NCBI RefSeq assembly: GCF_021869535.1 | Contig: NW_026262734.1 | Coordinates: 52,638,001 to 52,702,000 of the forward strand | Reading direction: 5' to 3' | Origin: Mytilus californianus | Taxonomy: Eukaryota | Length of the DNA: 64,000 bases | Shown here: positions 9,749 to 22,819 of the stretch, piece by piece | Layout: each line of letters starts with the position of its first letter | How positions within the stretch are numbered: position 1 is the stretch's first letter | Notes under the pieces: generated by a model | Seen by the model: only the letters and a program-made list of their open reading frames with translations | Told to the model about the DNA's origin: nothing | The model's database searches: none | Made by a program: the position numbers and the translations under genes

Positions 9749-11860
9749 AATATTTATACACCGATTTAAAAATTATTCCAATTCTGTTAGACGAAACTCT
9801 TTTAATTTAGCAAAAAATAATTAAAATAATTTGGGGAAATGTCAATGTCACTGCTAGTGATATATCAATCGTATGGGTAGTAGAATGTTCAAAATTATTA
9901 AAACTTTGCAATCAAGTCAGTTAAACATGTCGATCTGGTATTTAAACTGAATTCTGTCTTAGTACATATAATGGTTGACATGTATCAAAGAGGAAAAGAA
10001 TGCATTTTCCCTTTTAGAAATGGATTCAGTTAGCTATTATTTGGTTTAACAAAATATTCACTGGGGTGTTGACCAGCGAAAGCTTGGGGAATAAAGGAAC
10101 TCAATTACTTCATCCAAAAGGCATCAACTGGAAGTATTAGAAGTTTGATATCTATAATTTAGTATGTATTTACACAAACTACTACACTTGTGTATATTTG
10201 GGAAATTTTGGATCTATGAATATGCAGAAACGTTTCGCGGCTCTCCTTATATTGGTCGGTATATCGACACAAATGATCTAGAAAGATTAAGTAACAGCGG
10301 TCAAGTATTACGGCGATCAAATTCAATTTAACGGCAAATTCTGAGAAAATATCCGTTGTATTATCAATAGAAGGAAACAATAGGAAAAAAAGAAATATGT
10401 CTGTCAAAATGGTTTAACTTCTTCAAAAATAATGTGCACTAAATTGATGAAAAACTCTCGGAGGGGCCACTTCAATCTTTTTTTTGGTAGGGTTGAGCAA
10501 CTGAGACATCAAGTACCCCTCCCTTTTCATACATTTTGTTTATCAAAAATATATACCTTGTCATATATCAATTAACAAAAAAAAACAGACCTATAGATAT
10601 ATTTGGATATTTTTCATCTTTTGATACATTAGTATATAGAATTTTTTTTGGGGTCCCGCCCATCATCTTGTCTTGTTTAGAAGCAACGCAGTCGCAAAAA
10701 TCACACTTTGCTTTTCCAATAAATTCGTCACATCTTGTATACCTTCCGCTGTTTGCCCCTTTTATGTCTCTCATTAGGAAGAAATTTCAATTTCAAAAGA
10801 CAATAAAAGATGTTTGGTCAGATAAATGTAGTAACATCCCAGAGATTAACACTTTCACTGGGTTTAATATTAATAAAAAACTGATAAAAAGTTAAATTGC
10901 CGTTCCCTCTTAAAAGACGCTGACACTATGGAATTTCTTTTTTTAATAATTGTTATCAAGTTTCCTGTATACAAATCTTTGAATGTAAATTAGGTGCAAA
11001 TGTCAAAATGATCAGATTTATAACATCTATAACAAGCATCAATGTAAATACCACATTGGAATACATAGAGTTTAATTGGTTTGACAAATAGCTTATGCAT
11101 TTACGACTGTGGTTTAACCGCATCACAAATAAACACGGACATCTGATTAGTTTCAGATATTGGTACTTATGATATAATCAAGCAGGTGATAATATAAACC
11201 TATTGATATATTTAATCTGAATTTCTCACCCTTTTCATATATCATGGAGTATGAAATAGTGACCTATTCCACATCCCTACCACTCATTACATAGTAAGAT
11301 TAAAAGAAGGATTTTCAGACAACGTGTTATTCTTGATCGTGAAAGTATTGCGTGCTCAGACCAGACAAGATGTATAGGTTTTGCTTATCACTGTTGACCA
11401 CATCCTTACGACTCTAGTTGATAGTTGTCTCATAAGAGCTTTCTTACATTTTGACGAAAGGTACGAACAAACGTTAAGCTAAGTTCACACTTCCAATCAG
11501 ATCAACTCGATGATCCCGACTGTCCAAATTTTACATGACCAAGCGTAACCAAATTCTTGATCGGGCCTGTTTACGACTTCTACCCGACCGCTATTCGACT
11601 GTACACGACTTTAACTTAACTGGACCATTCACGACTTCTTAATGACTCCAAACCGACCACTAATTGAATGCATATTCAATTAATCCGACCAATATTCGAT
11701 CTCTACACGATCTTTACTCGACTACCTAGACCAAATCAATTATATTCGATCTCAGCCCGATCTCGACCAGACCAGATAGACTTGATCGTATAGGGGTCGT
11801 AGGGATAATTGGGAATTAGTCGGGTATGTACAATTTCAGTATAAGAAAACGTCTGAATTT

Positions 11861-12105
11861 TTTATGCCCCGCCACAGCGGAGGGGGCATTTTAGTGTTAC
11901 CCTTGTCCGTTCGTACGTACGTACGTCCCAATAATTAGTTTCCGTTCTCTAACTTTATATTGCATCAACGACAATGTACCATACAACACAGATCAAGTGC
12001 GAGTTTGGATGACGTATATTTTACTTGTTCTTGAGTAATGACCCTGTATAACATTATATGCCAGCGGGGGCATTATCTGTGTCCTATGGACACATTCTCC
12101 ATTTA
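11861..12105 (+). mobile_element. HINE/pearl-like (Helentron-associated) MITE nested in the Harbinger
   Basis: TTTTTATGCCCC...GGGGGCAT subterminal inverted repeat, a (CGTA/GTCC)n microsatellite, a core, and a 3' GGGGGCAT plus short hairpin. A related copy lies on - at about 16815-17048. Confidence 0.65.
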
Positions 12106-12251
12106 TTTGGTTAGATTCAGTAGTTCACAGAAGTCTGAGTAAAATCATACATTTAAGATATCTATATGGATTTAAAGCAGTTGGATTTGTGGGCAAGGTA
12201 GTTAGAGCTCCAGAGAGACAGGTTAATAACTGTGACGGAGATTGAAGAGAG

Positions 12252-12415
12252 CGTAGAAGACGAACAAGGCGTCGAGAAATCTAGGTGAGGCAACGGCTGA
12301 CACGATGACAACTGTATGGGCAGAATAAGAGCCTTGCAGGAGCCCAACAAAGAGGACCCAAATGGTTACAAAATAATCCTCAGAGTGGACGCTGATATGT
12401 TATGGGAGTTTTCAC
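12252..12415 (+). pseudogene. Harbinger transposase N-terminal remnant
   Basis: With one frameshift it reads RRRRTRRREI*VRQRLTR*QLYGQNKSL/QEPNKEDPNGYKIILRVDADMLWE. This matches the animal Harbinger N-terminus RRRR..WVRxWLxRR..YGQY..L..EL..EDP..FKNFLRMD..MF.EL. Confidence 0.75.
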
Positions 12416-14074
12416 TGCTCTTTTTCTTGAAAATGACACCACCAAATGAGATTTGTCACTGCGTTGGTACTTATGTTAGATAGCAATATACATAAATTTT
12501 ACCCCCCCCCCCCCTTTCCTTGCTTTCTTACAAATTAAGTTTACTGTTTGTTTCATATATGTGCATATGTATGTAATCAGTATTTTCCAGATTTGATTTC
12601 ATTAGTTGAAGGGTTAAAGATAATTTCTTTTTTGGTGTATCCATGGCAACAACCTGCATGTATTTGCTAAAACATATTGCAAAAAAAAGGAGTACAGATG
12701 TCACATATTTCCCCACAATTTGGCCAAAATAAGAATTTCAATCCCTTGGAGTGATACCTTTTCTGAAACAGTTTACATATATCTATCAAGAGATCAAATA
12801 AAAATCTTTTTTTTTTTCTCATTTTGTTTGTAAAATTGCGTCAAAAATTTCGTTTGAAAAAAAAAGTGTTTGTGAACATTTGGCCGTACGGTGACCTGTA
12901 GTTGTTAATTTCTGTATCATTTGGTTGTTGTGGAGAGTGGTCTCCTTGCCATTTATACCACATCTTCTTATTTTGATACAACTAAAGTTTCTGGACTTAC
13001 GGAAAATACGGGCTGCCAAACAGAAAATAGCCCATACAACTGGTAAAAATAATCTTGATGTTCTTATAAACCCACTTTGAAGGCATAACTAGCCATCAGC
13101 TTTCTAAAAATTAATAATTTTATTGCACAATTAATATTACTTTCATATTTGATGAATCCTCAGGGGCCAAAATACAGAATCTTCTTCCCTTCCGGAGCAC
13201 ATGAGATCATCTCAGTGATTTGTTGGATTTCGTGTTGCTAAGTTTTTAGTTTTCTATGTTGTGTTAGTGGAGTGCTATTTGTCTTCTCGTCGGTTTTTGG
13301 TTTTTCGCCATGGCTGTGTCGGTATGTTTTCGACCTTTGCGTTTGATTGTTCCTTTGGTATCTTTTGCTTCTCTTTTAGAATTTTAACCCTCCTTGCAAA
13401 AATAAACAGTGACAATATATTTTTGCGGAAGCAAAATTATGAGAGTTAATCAGATCTGCACACCGTTTTAGAGAATCGTGTAGCAGTCATGTGTACTCGT
13501 ATATGACCTGGTAGAGATCGAAGAGTTAATCTGGACCACTGATCAAACAGGTTGGCGTTGATCGGGAAATGATCGGATATTAGTCAAGCAAAGGTCGGGA
13601 TGATCGAGTACTGATCGGTAAAATATTTGTATTCCGACCAAACTCGATCTCTTCACGATCCTTCTCCGATCAATTTGACCGTTACTCGACGAATTCCCGA
13701 TCTCTTGTCGAGTAACTGGCTTCTCGATGACAAGTCAAAAATTCTCTGGTAGAAAGTCAGATCGACGACGAGCAAGGTAGACAACCCCCAGCATTCTTGT
13801 CGATTGAGTCAGACCAGTCTGACCAGTCTCCCGCTCACTTAATCTGTTTTGATCGGGCTTGATCGAGTTGATCTGATCGGCAGTGTGAACCTATTTTAAA
13901 GGGAGCATGTATATAACACATTGCTACGATAATGCTGAGAGTTCATGTTTTATCCGATAAAACAGCATTCTTTTCTAAATAAAACGTATCTTTAAAAAAT
14001 TTTAATTTAAGATTAATGCAAATAAAACACGCTTTTGATATCTGAAAATAAAGAAAAAATGTTTCAAATAGACT

Positions 14075-14335
14075 TAGGGAGCAATCCCTTAACTTCGAAG
14101 GGAAGGGGGGTTATGTTTTTTTTTCTTAGTCTTAGTTTTTCGACTCGATAAATTAGATTATTTTTTTCAAAATTTAACTCTATAAGGTATGGGGGATTAG
14201 CATTCAGAATATTTTTTTTTGTCATCTAATTTATCACAATATTTTTTTCCATCAAATTGGGGATCAGAATATTAGAAAAAACAATGACACTCTCCCCCTC
14301 CCCCCTCCCCTCCTAGAAGTTAAATGGTCGTTCCA
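14075..14335. mobile_element. Small TIR MITE with G/C-run subtermini
   Basis: TAGGGAGCAATCCCTTAACTTC-G-run ... C-run-AAGTTAAATGGTCGTTCCATTA. Related ends at about 14700-14765 and 39803-39830 (TAAGGGAGCTACCATTT). Confidence 0.6.
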
Positions 14336-15894
14336 TTATGTCCGATACGTTACTATTTTTAACCACGATTTCACACATTTGCGCGGGAATTGTTCAAGCA
14401 TGGGTTTCACAATTAACATTTTAATGAAATTATTGAAGTATGATACTCTAAATTTAACGACAAGATTCACAATTATTTTTATTTTTAATGAGTATGCCAT
14501 CATCAAATTGTCAACGCGGATCATCGTGATTTGCAATACAAGGATGCTGAAATGTTTTGAAAAAGTAATGTGAACTAAATCTGGGGAAAAAAGATTTTGC
14601 GATGAAGTTTTTTTTTCTATTAATATTACTATTACATATGAAAAAAAGTAATGAGACTCTTGCGATCGCAGAAAACAAAGGTAAAACGGAACAAAAACTT
14701 TAGCCCCCCTCCACCCCCCCTCCCCCCAACCCTCTCCCCCTTTAAAGTTAATGGTCGTTGCTTTTTCCACAGATTTTAATAATAATATTCATTATCTTCA
14801 GTTGATCAGAACATTTTTTACACGTCGTTAATTTGTTTTAATCATCTATTTTTTTTTCTCCTGACGAGCCTTTATATTATAGGAAATTGTGTAGAGTGAT
14901 ACATCTCCTTCCCCCTGGTGGTATTATATCTTTACCTTTCGTACGTCAATAAATTCCTTTATCGTACGAAAAATCAAGTTTAACACGTGTCATTACATGC
15001 AGTGTAGTAGTCCTTTATAGGCAAACATTAAGATGAAACACCATCGAAGTTCCATGACGCTTCGATTAAGATTACATAAATATGTCAAAATAAAGGATCC
15101 CTAAAACGAGTCTAACGTATGATTCGTCAAGCGTATACGTACCTTTCGTCAAACTGTAAGAAAGCTCTATTAATATTGGCAATCATACAACATCTCATCG
15201 TTTTTTTTTTTTAGTTTTTTTTAAACGTATATTTGTATATAAATATGTGCTTGTACGGAAGCATATTAGCGCCCTTTTTTATATTTCTTCCTATGTTTGC
15301 GTTATTACGCAAACCTTTGCGATATAACGCAAACCTTCGGTCGTTTGAATTGTTTTACATTTGTCATTTCGGGGCCTTTTATAGTCGACTATGTGGTATG
15401 GGCTTTGCTCAATTTTTGAATTCCGTACGGACTTATAACTTTATCTTTCTGAGTCATTTGGTCTCTTGTGAAAAATTGTCTAATTGGCAATCGTACCACA
15501 TATTCTTTTTTTTTATATTATAACGCACAACGCAAACGTTTGCGTTATATAACGTGAAAAATCGAAGTACTGAAGTACTGAACCTAATCTCTATACCTGA
15601 AACTGAGGTTAAGGTACAAAGATATATTTTTTTCTGAGACAAGTTCTTGCGTGGATGATGAATAAATGACAAGGAATTCAACCTCACCGTAATAACTATT
15701 ATATTGTAGTAATACAAATCAGTATACTCTGGTTTGTTGTTATATATTATATGAATATTTGTATATAACAGTTACATGTGTATATAATTTTCATCCATTT
15801 GTATATCATTCTATTCTACTATTCTAATAATAGTGCAGTGCAAGTGCATGGTGGACACTCTTCTGTAATAATTCGATTTTCTCGGCCTTGACAA

Positions 15895-16600
15895 AGCCTT
15901 GGCCAAAAAAAGAAAAAGACAAACAACAGTTATAATATACAGAACACGACATAGAAAACTAAACACTGAGCAACACGAACCCTACCAAAAAAAAACAAAC
16001 AGGGGTGATCTCAGGTGCTCCGGAAGGGTAAGTAGACCATGCTACAATGTGGCACCAGTCGTGTTGCTCATGTAATTACAAAACCGGTGATAAGTCTAGA
16101 TTGGTAGGTCACATTCAGGGGAACAGGAGAACGGACCTGTGGTTACGACGACTGGAACATATCCGCTGCTGGAATGTGCTACCTAGAAATGGAAAGTCCA
16201 CAATTGGGAGCCTGAAATCATCTCTGTTGTCGTAAAGTTTTGTTTTCAACCCACCCGCAATTTTAATCTCTAGATGTAAGTCAAGATATAAGGCAGACTT
16301 AACTGTATCTGTTGTATCCCTTATTTCAAGCTCGATAGGATAGATGTTTTCAAAAAAGCCACCAAACTTAGAATTATTTAGTAAGAGGACATCGTCTGTT
16401 AAGCGAAAAGTGAAGTTAACGGATAATGTTAGCTTTTTTTATCGTCATAAGAAGGTCGTGTACGACGTCAGACTCATATGAATGAAGAAACAAGTCGTCA
16501 AGAAAAGCACACAGTTGGTTTCCATGGTACTGCCAATTTATGACAAAAATGTCCTCCAAACTTAACAAATATGTTATTAATCTAGAAATCAATCATCCTG
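15895..16600 (-). mobile_element. Penelope-like element 3' fragment
   Basis: Reverse complement of the motif at 27000-27110 (CGACGGGTGCCACATG...CCTTCCGGAGCACCTGAGATCACCCC...GTTCGTGTTGCT). Other fragments at about 13175-13380, 33500-33760, 48720-48950 and 51285-51545. Confidence 0.7.
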
Positions 16601-18774
16601 ATAATGTCAGTTTCAGAGAATAATAACATTATATTATATTATATATTATCATATATTATAATCTAACTCTAAGTCAACATCCGGATGTAATGATTTTGCG
16701 ATCTGCTAGCACTTTTGTCAGCTCGAACTTAACAAAATTAGCTCATCATGTCTAACACAATAAAGACATTGCAGCGTATTTAGATATTGAAGCCATTAAA
16801 ACGATGCAACACAACAAATTTTATCCAGAAGTCGTTGTTGGATTTTGAACTGTTTATGCATAACTCTAGAACGGTAAAAGTTACGCCTCACAAATTCACA
16901 CTTGATTATTGATTTGTGGTAATAAACATTGTGTATAAGTTTCATAACATTTGGTTGAGGCAAATTTAAGTTAGAGAACGGTAACCAATTCTGGGACGTA
17001 CGGACGTACAGACGGACACAAGGGTGAAACTTAATACCCCTCCGCTACGTAAACAGTCAGATTTCTTTTGTTGAAATCTTTTGTAAAAATGATTCTCGAT
17101 TTTTGTTCTAATACTAAATTAAATAAAGGGATTTGTCCATATGAATAATTTTTATGTACAGATGTATACCCTTTCCCGCTTTTCACTCTAGTAAAGGTGC
17201 AGCGTCAGTAACGATTAGCATGAATACTAAACAGGTGTGCCTGTTACGATAACAAGTCATTCAACCTTTGGTCACCGAAAAACAAGGAAAGCTACGTCAG
17301 ATTACTTAATCTGTACACGCGTATATGAATCAGGAAAAAGTTTGTGATCGAGTCTTGTTCTTGTCTAACTAGTTCTTGACTTTTGGAAACTAATATATAT
17401 TTTTTTTCGTTTACAAAAGGTAAAGTATTTGTTTATATATATATTTTTTATATACAAGTATATAAAGTGTAAATTATATATATATAAACAAGATTTGAGT
17501 AACAACATACAATGAAATACGGTATAAAAGGAGGCAGATGTTAAATGTATACAACAACGAGCTGCTTCAATTAGTTGACGACACTATTTATCATATTATA
17601 GCTTAAACAGTCAAGTTACAGAATTATTTTTTGACATGGTAAATTTTGACACTTTTTACATATAATCATAAAAATAAAAATCAATAAAAAAGTGTCGACA
17701 CTTTACCGTGTGTGTACTGGGTATCTTAACTACAATACTAGATTCGGTCGAATCGTCATGTTTGAAAAAACGCAGAAAGACAAGCAAATTCAAAACTCAA
17801 TGAATAAATCGTACTCATGTCTATTTCAAGAACTCTTTTCACTCAGAGGCGGATTTAAGGGAGGTAGCATCACCGCCACCACCTTGAGATGCTACATATA
17901 CTGTTGAATCCACACTTTTTACCTATTCAACTCCAAACTTTTCTAGGTAGAGGGCAACTATATTATATATTTGGTAACATATTCAAGCTTTAACAAAAAT
18001 TTGTTTACTGGTAAAATATTAACTGGCAAACGATGCAGATTCATGGTTAAAAGGTCTCCAAAATGATAAAGTGAAGGGAGACAAACAATTTTATCTAAAT
18101 ATATAAGACACATTCTTCCAACTGATTAGTTATAAGAGAATCAGTAAAAACAACAAAAACTTGCATATTGATATATTATTTTCTTTTGAAATTTTTATGT
18201 GTGTAAATGCAGTATTTCGGAATATTTGTTTCTCTTTTTGTTATATTTTTATATGAATTTAAAGCATAAACTATGATGACATGTAAAACCTCGAAAAAAA
18301 TAAAACGACAAACGATCTGTAAGAAAAAAAAACATTCCTTCACTTCTTTCATCTGTGTCTAACCATATCCTAAGTAGTCGCATCGGTTTGGCGTCACGAT
18401 AAAATCTGATGTTTAGTGAGAATATAGCACTGTCCAAGCATTAAAAAAACAGCAAAAATCTTTGTAGAGGTCCTCATTGTTCCTTTTGATGGCATGTTGG
18501 AGGGTTTTTTCTACTGCAGTCTAACATACTCGCATTTTCCAATGACAAACGAAATACTCGCAATTTCTTCCAGGAAAGCTGTTTATAGAACCGAATGTGC
18601 CGTAAATAATTTGCTTTCAAATTTGCATGTACATGAGATATTTCCCACTGGACGTAAAACAAACAACAATAAATCATCAATCATATTATTAACTAATTAA
18701 GATAAGAAAATTAATGTATACTTTTTCATAATAAGGCTGCTTGATATATTTTTTTTGGTACCTTTAATTTGCGT

Positions 18775-19082
18775 TTATCCGAATTCGGAAAAGAAAATCA
18801 TAAAAAGTACTCCTATGCACAATTCATTTGTCCTTTTTATCCGAATTCGGATAACGACCAAGACGACTTAATATTGAATATAGATATACTTATCCGAAAT
18901 TGGATAAGGATCGGCATTGCATACTAAACTCTGTGATGTAGGTCATGTATTCTTTTTATCCGAATTTGGATAAGAACAGTTATTAGTCCTTGGTAATGTG
19001 TATTATGTATTCTATCTAAATTAGGATAACATTAGTTTCTCCCCATTCAATTATTTATTCTTCTTGTCCAAACTAAGATAAT
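18775..19082. repeat. Array of 18-bp palindromes TTATCCGAATTCGGATAA with unique 34-48 bp spacers
   Basis: Units start at 18775, 18837 (perfect), 18890, 18956, 19012 and 19064 (the last two increasingly degenerate). A half unit lies near 19211. Confidence 0.85.
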
Positions 19083-22000
19083 TAAATAACTATTGCAATT
19101 TTAACACATACTGTTTTATAAAAGAAAGAAATATGTCTAAATACCTTATTGTATTGAGTTTATCTTAAAAAAAAGTGTTGCCTACCAACATTCTTATTTC
19201 AGAAATCTCGCTTATCCGAAACACATATTAACTTGAGCATATGGAAATGCTCAAAAGCAATTGGAAGCTGTTCTTTTTGAAAGCTTGTTATTTTGAAACA
19301 GAGTAGCGAACATCCTTAACGTCAAACATTTCACTTAAAGAGAATAATTAATCCAGTCAAATTCACATCTTAACTCGCCATTGCTTTTTCAAACAAACAC
19401 ACAAAATGTGTACATGTACATTTTGTTCAGATGCATGTTGACTTCAATGTGTAAGACCAAAAAACTACCATGTCAAAAAATGTCTTTCTTTCGGAATTTA
19501 GTTCAAACTGGGTTTCTTAAGGGGTGACAGAACGTTCGACTTGAAATATGTTTTTAACTTTGAGATACGTATTATCTTTTTTATAGGGTATATATTTATG
19601 ATCAGATCATATGTTTTCGTACGTCATATGGATTCGTTCTATGCATGCTTATTTAATAGAAATTGTGAAGTCACAATGCATTCTTAATAGCACGAAAATC
19701 CATTAGATGAGAATGATCTCTGTTTATCTGTTGAACGTATTTGTTAAAGCCGGACAATTAAGGTATTATTTTCTTTAATAATAAGACAGAAAAACATATA
19801 TTTCTGATTCCAATGGCAAGGAAGAAACAGAAAATCGAAAATTTTCCAAATTGCTGCCAATTCATTTTTTAATATCAGTCCAATTGCTGTCTTAAGACAG
19901 ACGCAGTTACGGTCGTTCCTAAGGGTTTACAATCCGGCTGTACTGTGCTGAAAAAGAAAATTATGAGTCAGTAAGATCAAGGGATTAAATAACACGATTA
20001 CATAATCCTGAAATCTAACAATGAAATACTAGAATATTTTGTTTGAAAGAATTACTCAAAATAACAAGATCCAATACATTGATATGAAAATTAAACATAT
20101 GAAAAGAAAGAAAGAAAAAAAAAGAAAAATCAAGAAATCAAGACATAATCAATGAATTATCAATAAATTTGATATACATCACTTTTGTATAGATAAATAT
20201 AATATTTGATAAAAGAATTAGCTATATATATTTAGATAAATAACACAAATATATAGTATACATTAGTACAATTTCTAAACTGTTCTAAAGTAGAAAATGT
20301 GTTATCATCAGCCAGTCCTATTTCAACTTCTTTCGATAATTGACATTTGACGGGTATTACGACAATGACATATTCCTTGTTTTGATGTTTTGAAGGAATA
20401 GACATTACAGAATTAATCATTCGAACGGCTTGTTTGAAAAGACCACAATTAGCTTCAATATCAACGATATTTTTTCTAAAAGGTTACAAATTCAACACTG
20501 TCATTATATCTTTGAATATTGTTTTAAAATATATTGGTATTACTATTGATTTTGTTATCAGTAAATTAAAAGCACACTAAATATTATTGTTATATACATA
20601 AGCCATTTCGTGTATCTACAATATGTCGACTCCTATATCTTGGCATTGCACAAGATCATGTTTTTCTCTGACTTTTTATGAGGTCTTTATGTCGTAATAA
20701 CCGTCAAATATCATTAGTTTCGTCCAACGTTTTCACTGGGATACAATATAAACACTTAACAATGTAAAATGAAAATATCTAAAAATCTATTTGCATAAAA
20801 ATTTAATCTAGTACAGTTTGATGGATTCAGATATAAGTGTTTCATCTCTGACCTGTTCGAGGTAATTGTCAGAAATATATTTTAATAAATATTTCTTTCA
20901 AGGACATTGCATGGTTACTGTTGAAGGAAAGAATTTTATCGGTACATTTGTTTGATTATTGATAATGTATTGTTTACTTATTAATTCTTTTAGAAATATA
21001 GGAAATTCTAATGACATGAATGACTCATCTTAAAAAATTACTATGAGATAGAGAAATTGCTTTTCTATCAAGTTTTTTTTTTTATTTACCTGTGCACTTT
21101 ATCGTTGAAACTCGTATCATCATGAATGTTACATTTCATTTTGAAATGAAGCTTGATTTCAGAATGATACAAGATAGATATAAGAAGATGTGGTATGAGT
21201 GCAATTTAATTTCACATACATTGATTTAAGGCTCTGTGATGAAGGTAAATTTAGAAAAGTGCTTGGATAGAAATCAATCTTGCATATGAACAGACCACAT
21301 ATATACAACTCAAAGAGAAGTGCAAGGGTGTTATTGCGTACAGAGATTGTGAAACTCTCACAACACAAGGGCTGTATTTTATAATATCCACAAAAGGTAC
21401 AGGAACGAACAAATTTGAGGGGACATGCTTTGTTAAAATACATAAGACATACCTTTTGAAACGTATTGTTTTCTCTTCTTGCCCACTTGTTCTTTTATAT
21501 ATGAAAACAATAAGTTGTGGTATGATTGCCAATGAGATAACTATCTACCATATTACGAATGAAGTGGATTAAAACAATAAGGGAAACCGTACGGCCTTCA
21601 AAAATTAGAAGAACACCCCAGTGTAAATGACTATGAAAGGCCCTGACATGGAAAAATATGAAACAATTCATTTAAACATGCTTAACGCCTAGTTTGTAAC
21701 AAAACAGTTTACGAAAAAAAATTATGACAGACTTGAATCTGGGACATAGCTACCGGTGTAACAGTACATCGTAAGAACAAAATAAAAATCAGTTTACAAG
21801 GGCTAAACTCATTTGATCGATACAAAGCAATAACACATCTAACAAAAACGGAAACCTGGAGTGGAAAGGTATTTATACACCTCCACAATAAAAAAGACAC
21901 GAAGTACAGATTTAAGAGTTCTCGCAGTTACTGGCAACTAATTCAAAGACAATAACAACTAATAAAAGATCATGCATTTCAGAATAACATATCAATCCGT

Positions 22001-22774
22001 ACGCATTTAATATCTTATAGATTTACAGTCAATTCCTTTTCGGCCATATCAGCATGTTGTTGATTTGCACAAATTAATAGCGACTACTAAAAAGTCTGAA
22101 CAAAGACTGAAAAGAAGTGAATTAGCGGTTCAGATCATAATTAATTTTCTGATGCAAAAAAAGCCAATTTTGAAACAGCAAAAACAGACAACATAACTGA
22201 GATCGTGTTACTCTCCTTCGCCTTTTTCGAATAGATAGCTATATGAAAGAATCTACCTACTGTTTACAATACGTTTTAAATGAAGGTTAGGATTAACATG
22301 AAAGGCTTTAGTTCTATAATCGGATATTACTTTTAGCACATATAAAGGTTAATAAATAAAGGCCACAGTAGTATGCCGCTGTTCGAAATTCATAAATCGA
22401 TTGAGAAAAAAACAAATCCGGGTTACAAACTGAAGGAAACACATCACATATAAGAGGAGAACTACGACACAACAGAAACACAACATTAAAATGTAACACA
22501 CATAGAAACGAACTATAATATAACAATGGCCATTTTCCTGACTTGGTACAGGACGTTTTAAGAAAAAAATGGTGGGTTGAGCCTGGATTTGTGGCTAGCC
22601 AAACCTCCCGCTTTTATAGCAATGTTAAATATAACATTGAAATGACAACATTACATGACAGGACTACAATACAAATAAATGGGAGAACATATAGGACTAA
22701 GAAACAACCTTTCTTCGACAAGTGTCAATAATAAAAAGTTATCAATGATATTAATGAAACCAGGCTTTTCATTG

Positions 22775-22819
22775 TACGCCAGACGCCCGTTTCGTCTACA
22801 GAAGACTCACCAGTGACGC
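22775..22819 (-). ncRNA. Minimal type I hammerhead ribozyme motif with a core mutation (retrozyme/PLE type)
   Basis: Minus strand GCGTCA-CTGGTGA-GTCT TCTGT AGAC-GAAA-C GGGC G-TC-TGGCGT. Stems I, II and III pair, but the core is CUGGUGA rather than CUGANGA. A partial relative lies at about 28800-28830. Confidence 0.7.

Larger units (their letters stand above)
11478..13895 (+). mobile_element. PIF/Harbinger DNA transposon relic with nested insertions
   Basis: TIRs GCTAAGTTCACACTTCCAATCAGATCAACTCGAT (from 11478) and ATCGAGTTGATCTGATCGGCAGTGTGAACCTATT (to 13895), flanked by TAA and TTA. Long GATC/CGAC-rich subterminal regions and an internal transposase remnant. Confidence 0.8.

Noticed and set aside
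14336-14770. 144-aa minus-strand ORF and nearby G-quadruplex-like C-runs
   Set aside because: The ORF begins in a MITE end (the GGGEGWGEGG peptide comes from a C-run) and has no domain features. The G/C runs are ordinary subterminal parts of that MITE family.
18775-19082. CRISPR array call (also considered for 9342-9748)
   Set aside because: Eukaryotic intron-containing context, no cas genes or leader, repeats of only 16-18 bp and irregular spacing. Reported as palindrome arrays instead.
20807-20862. Possible small first exon MDSDISVSSLTCSR|GT for the 24-kb STAND exon
   Set aside because: Only a short ATG-to-GT stretch with no homology support, and its phase does not match the phase-1 acceptor at 24248.
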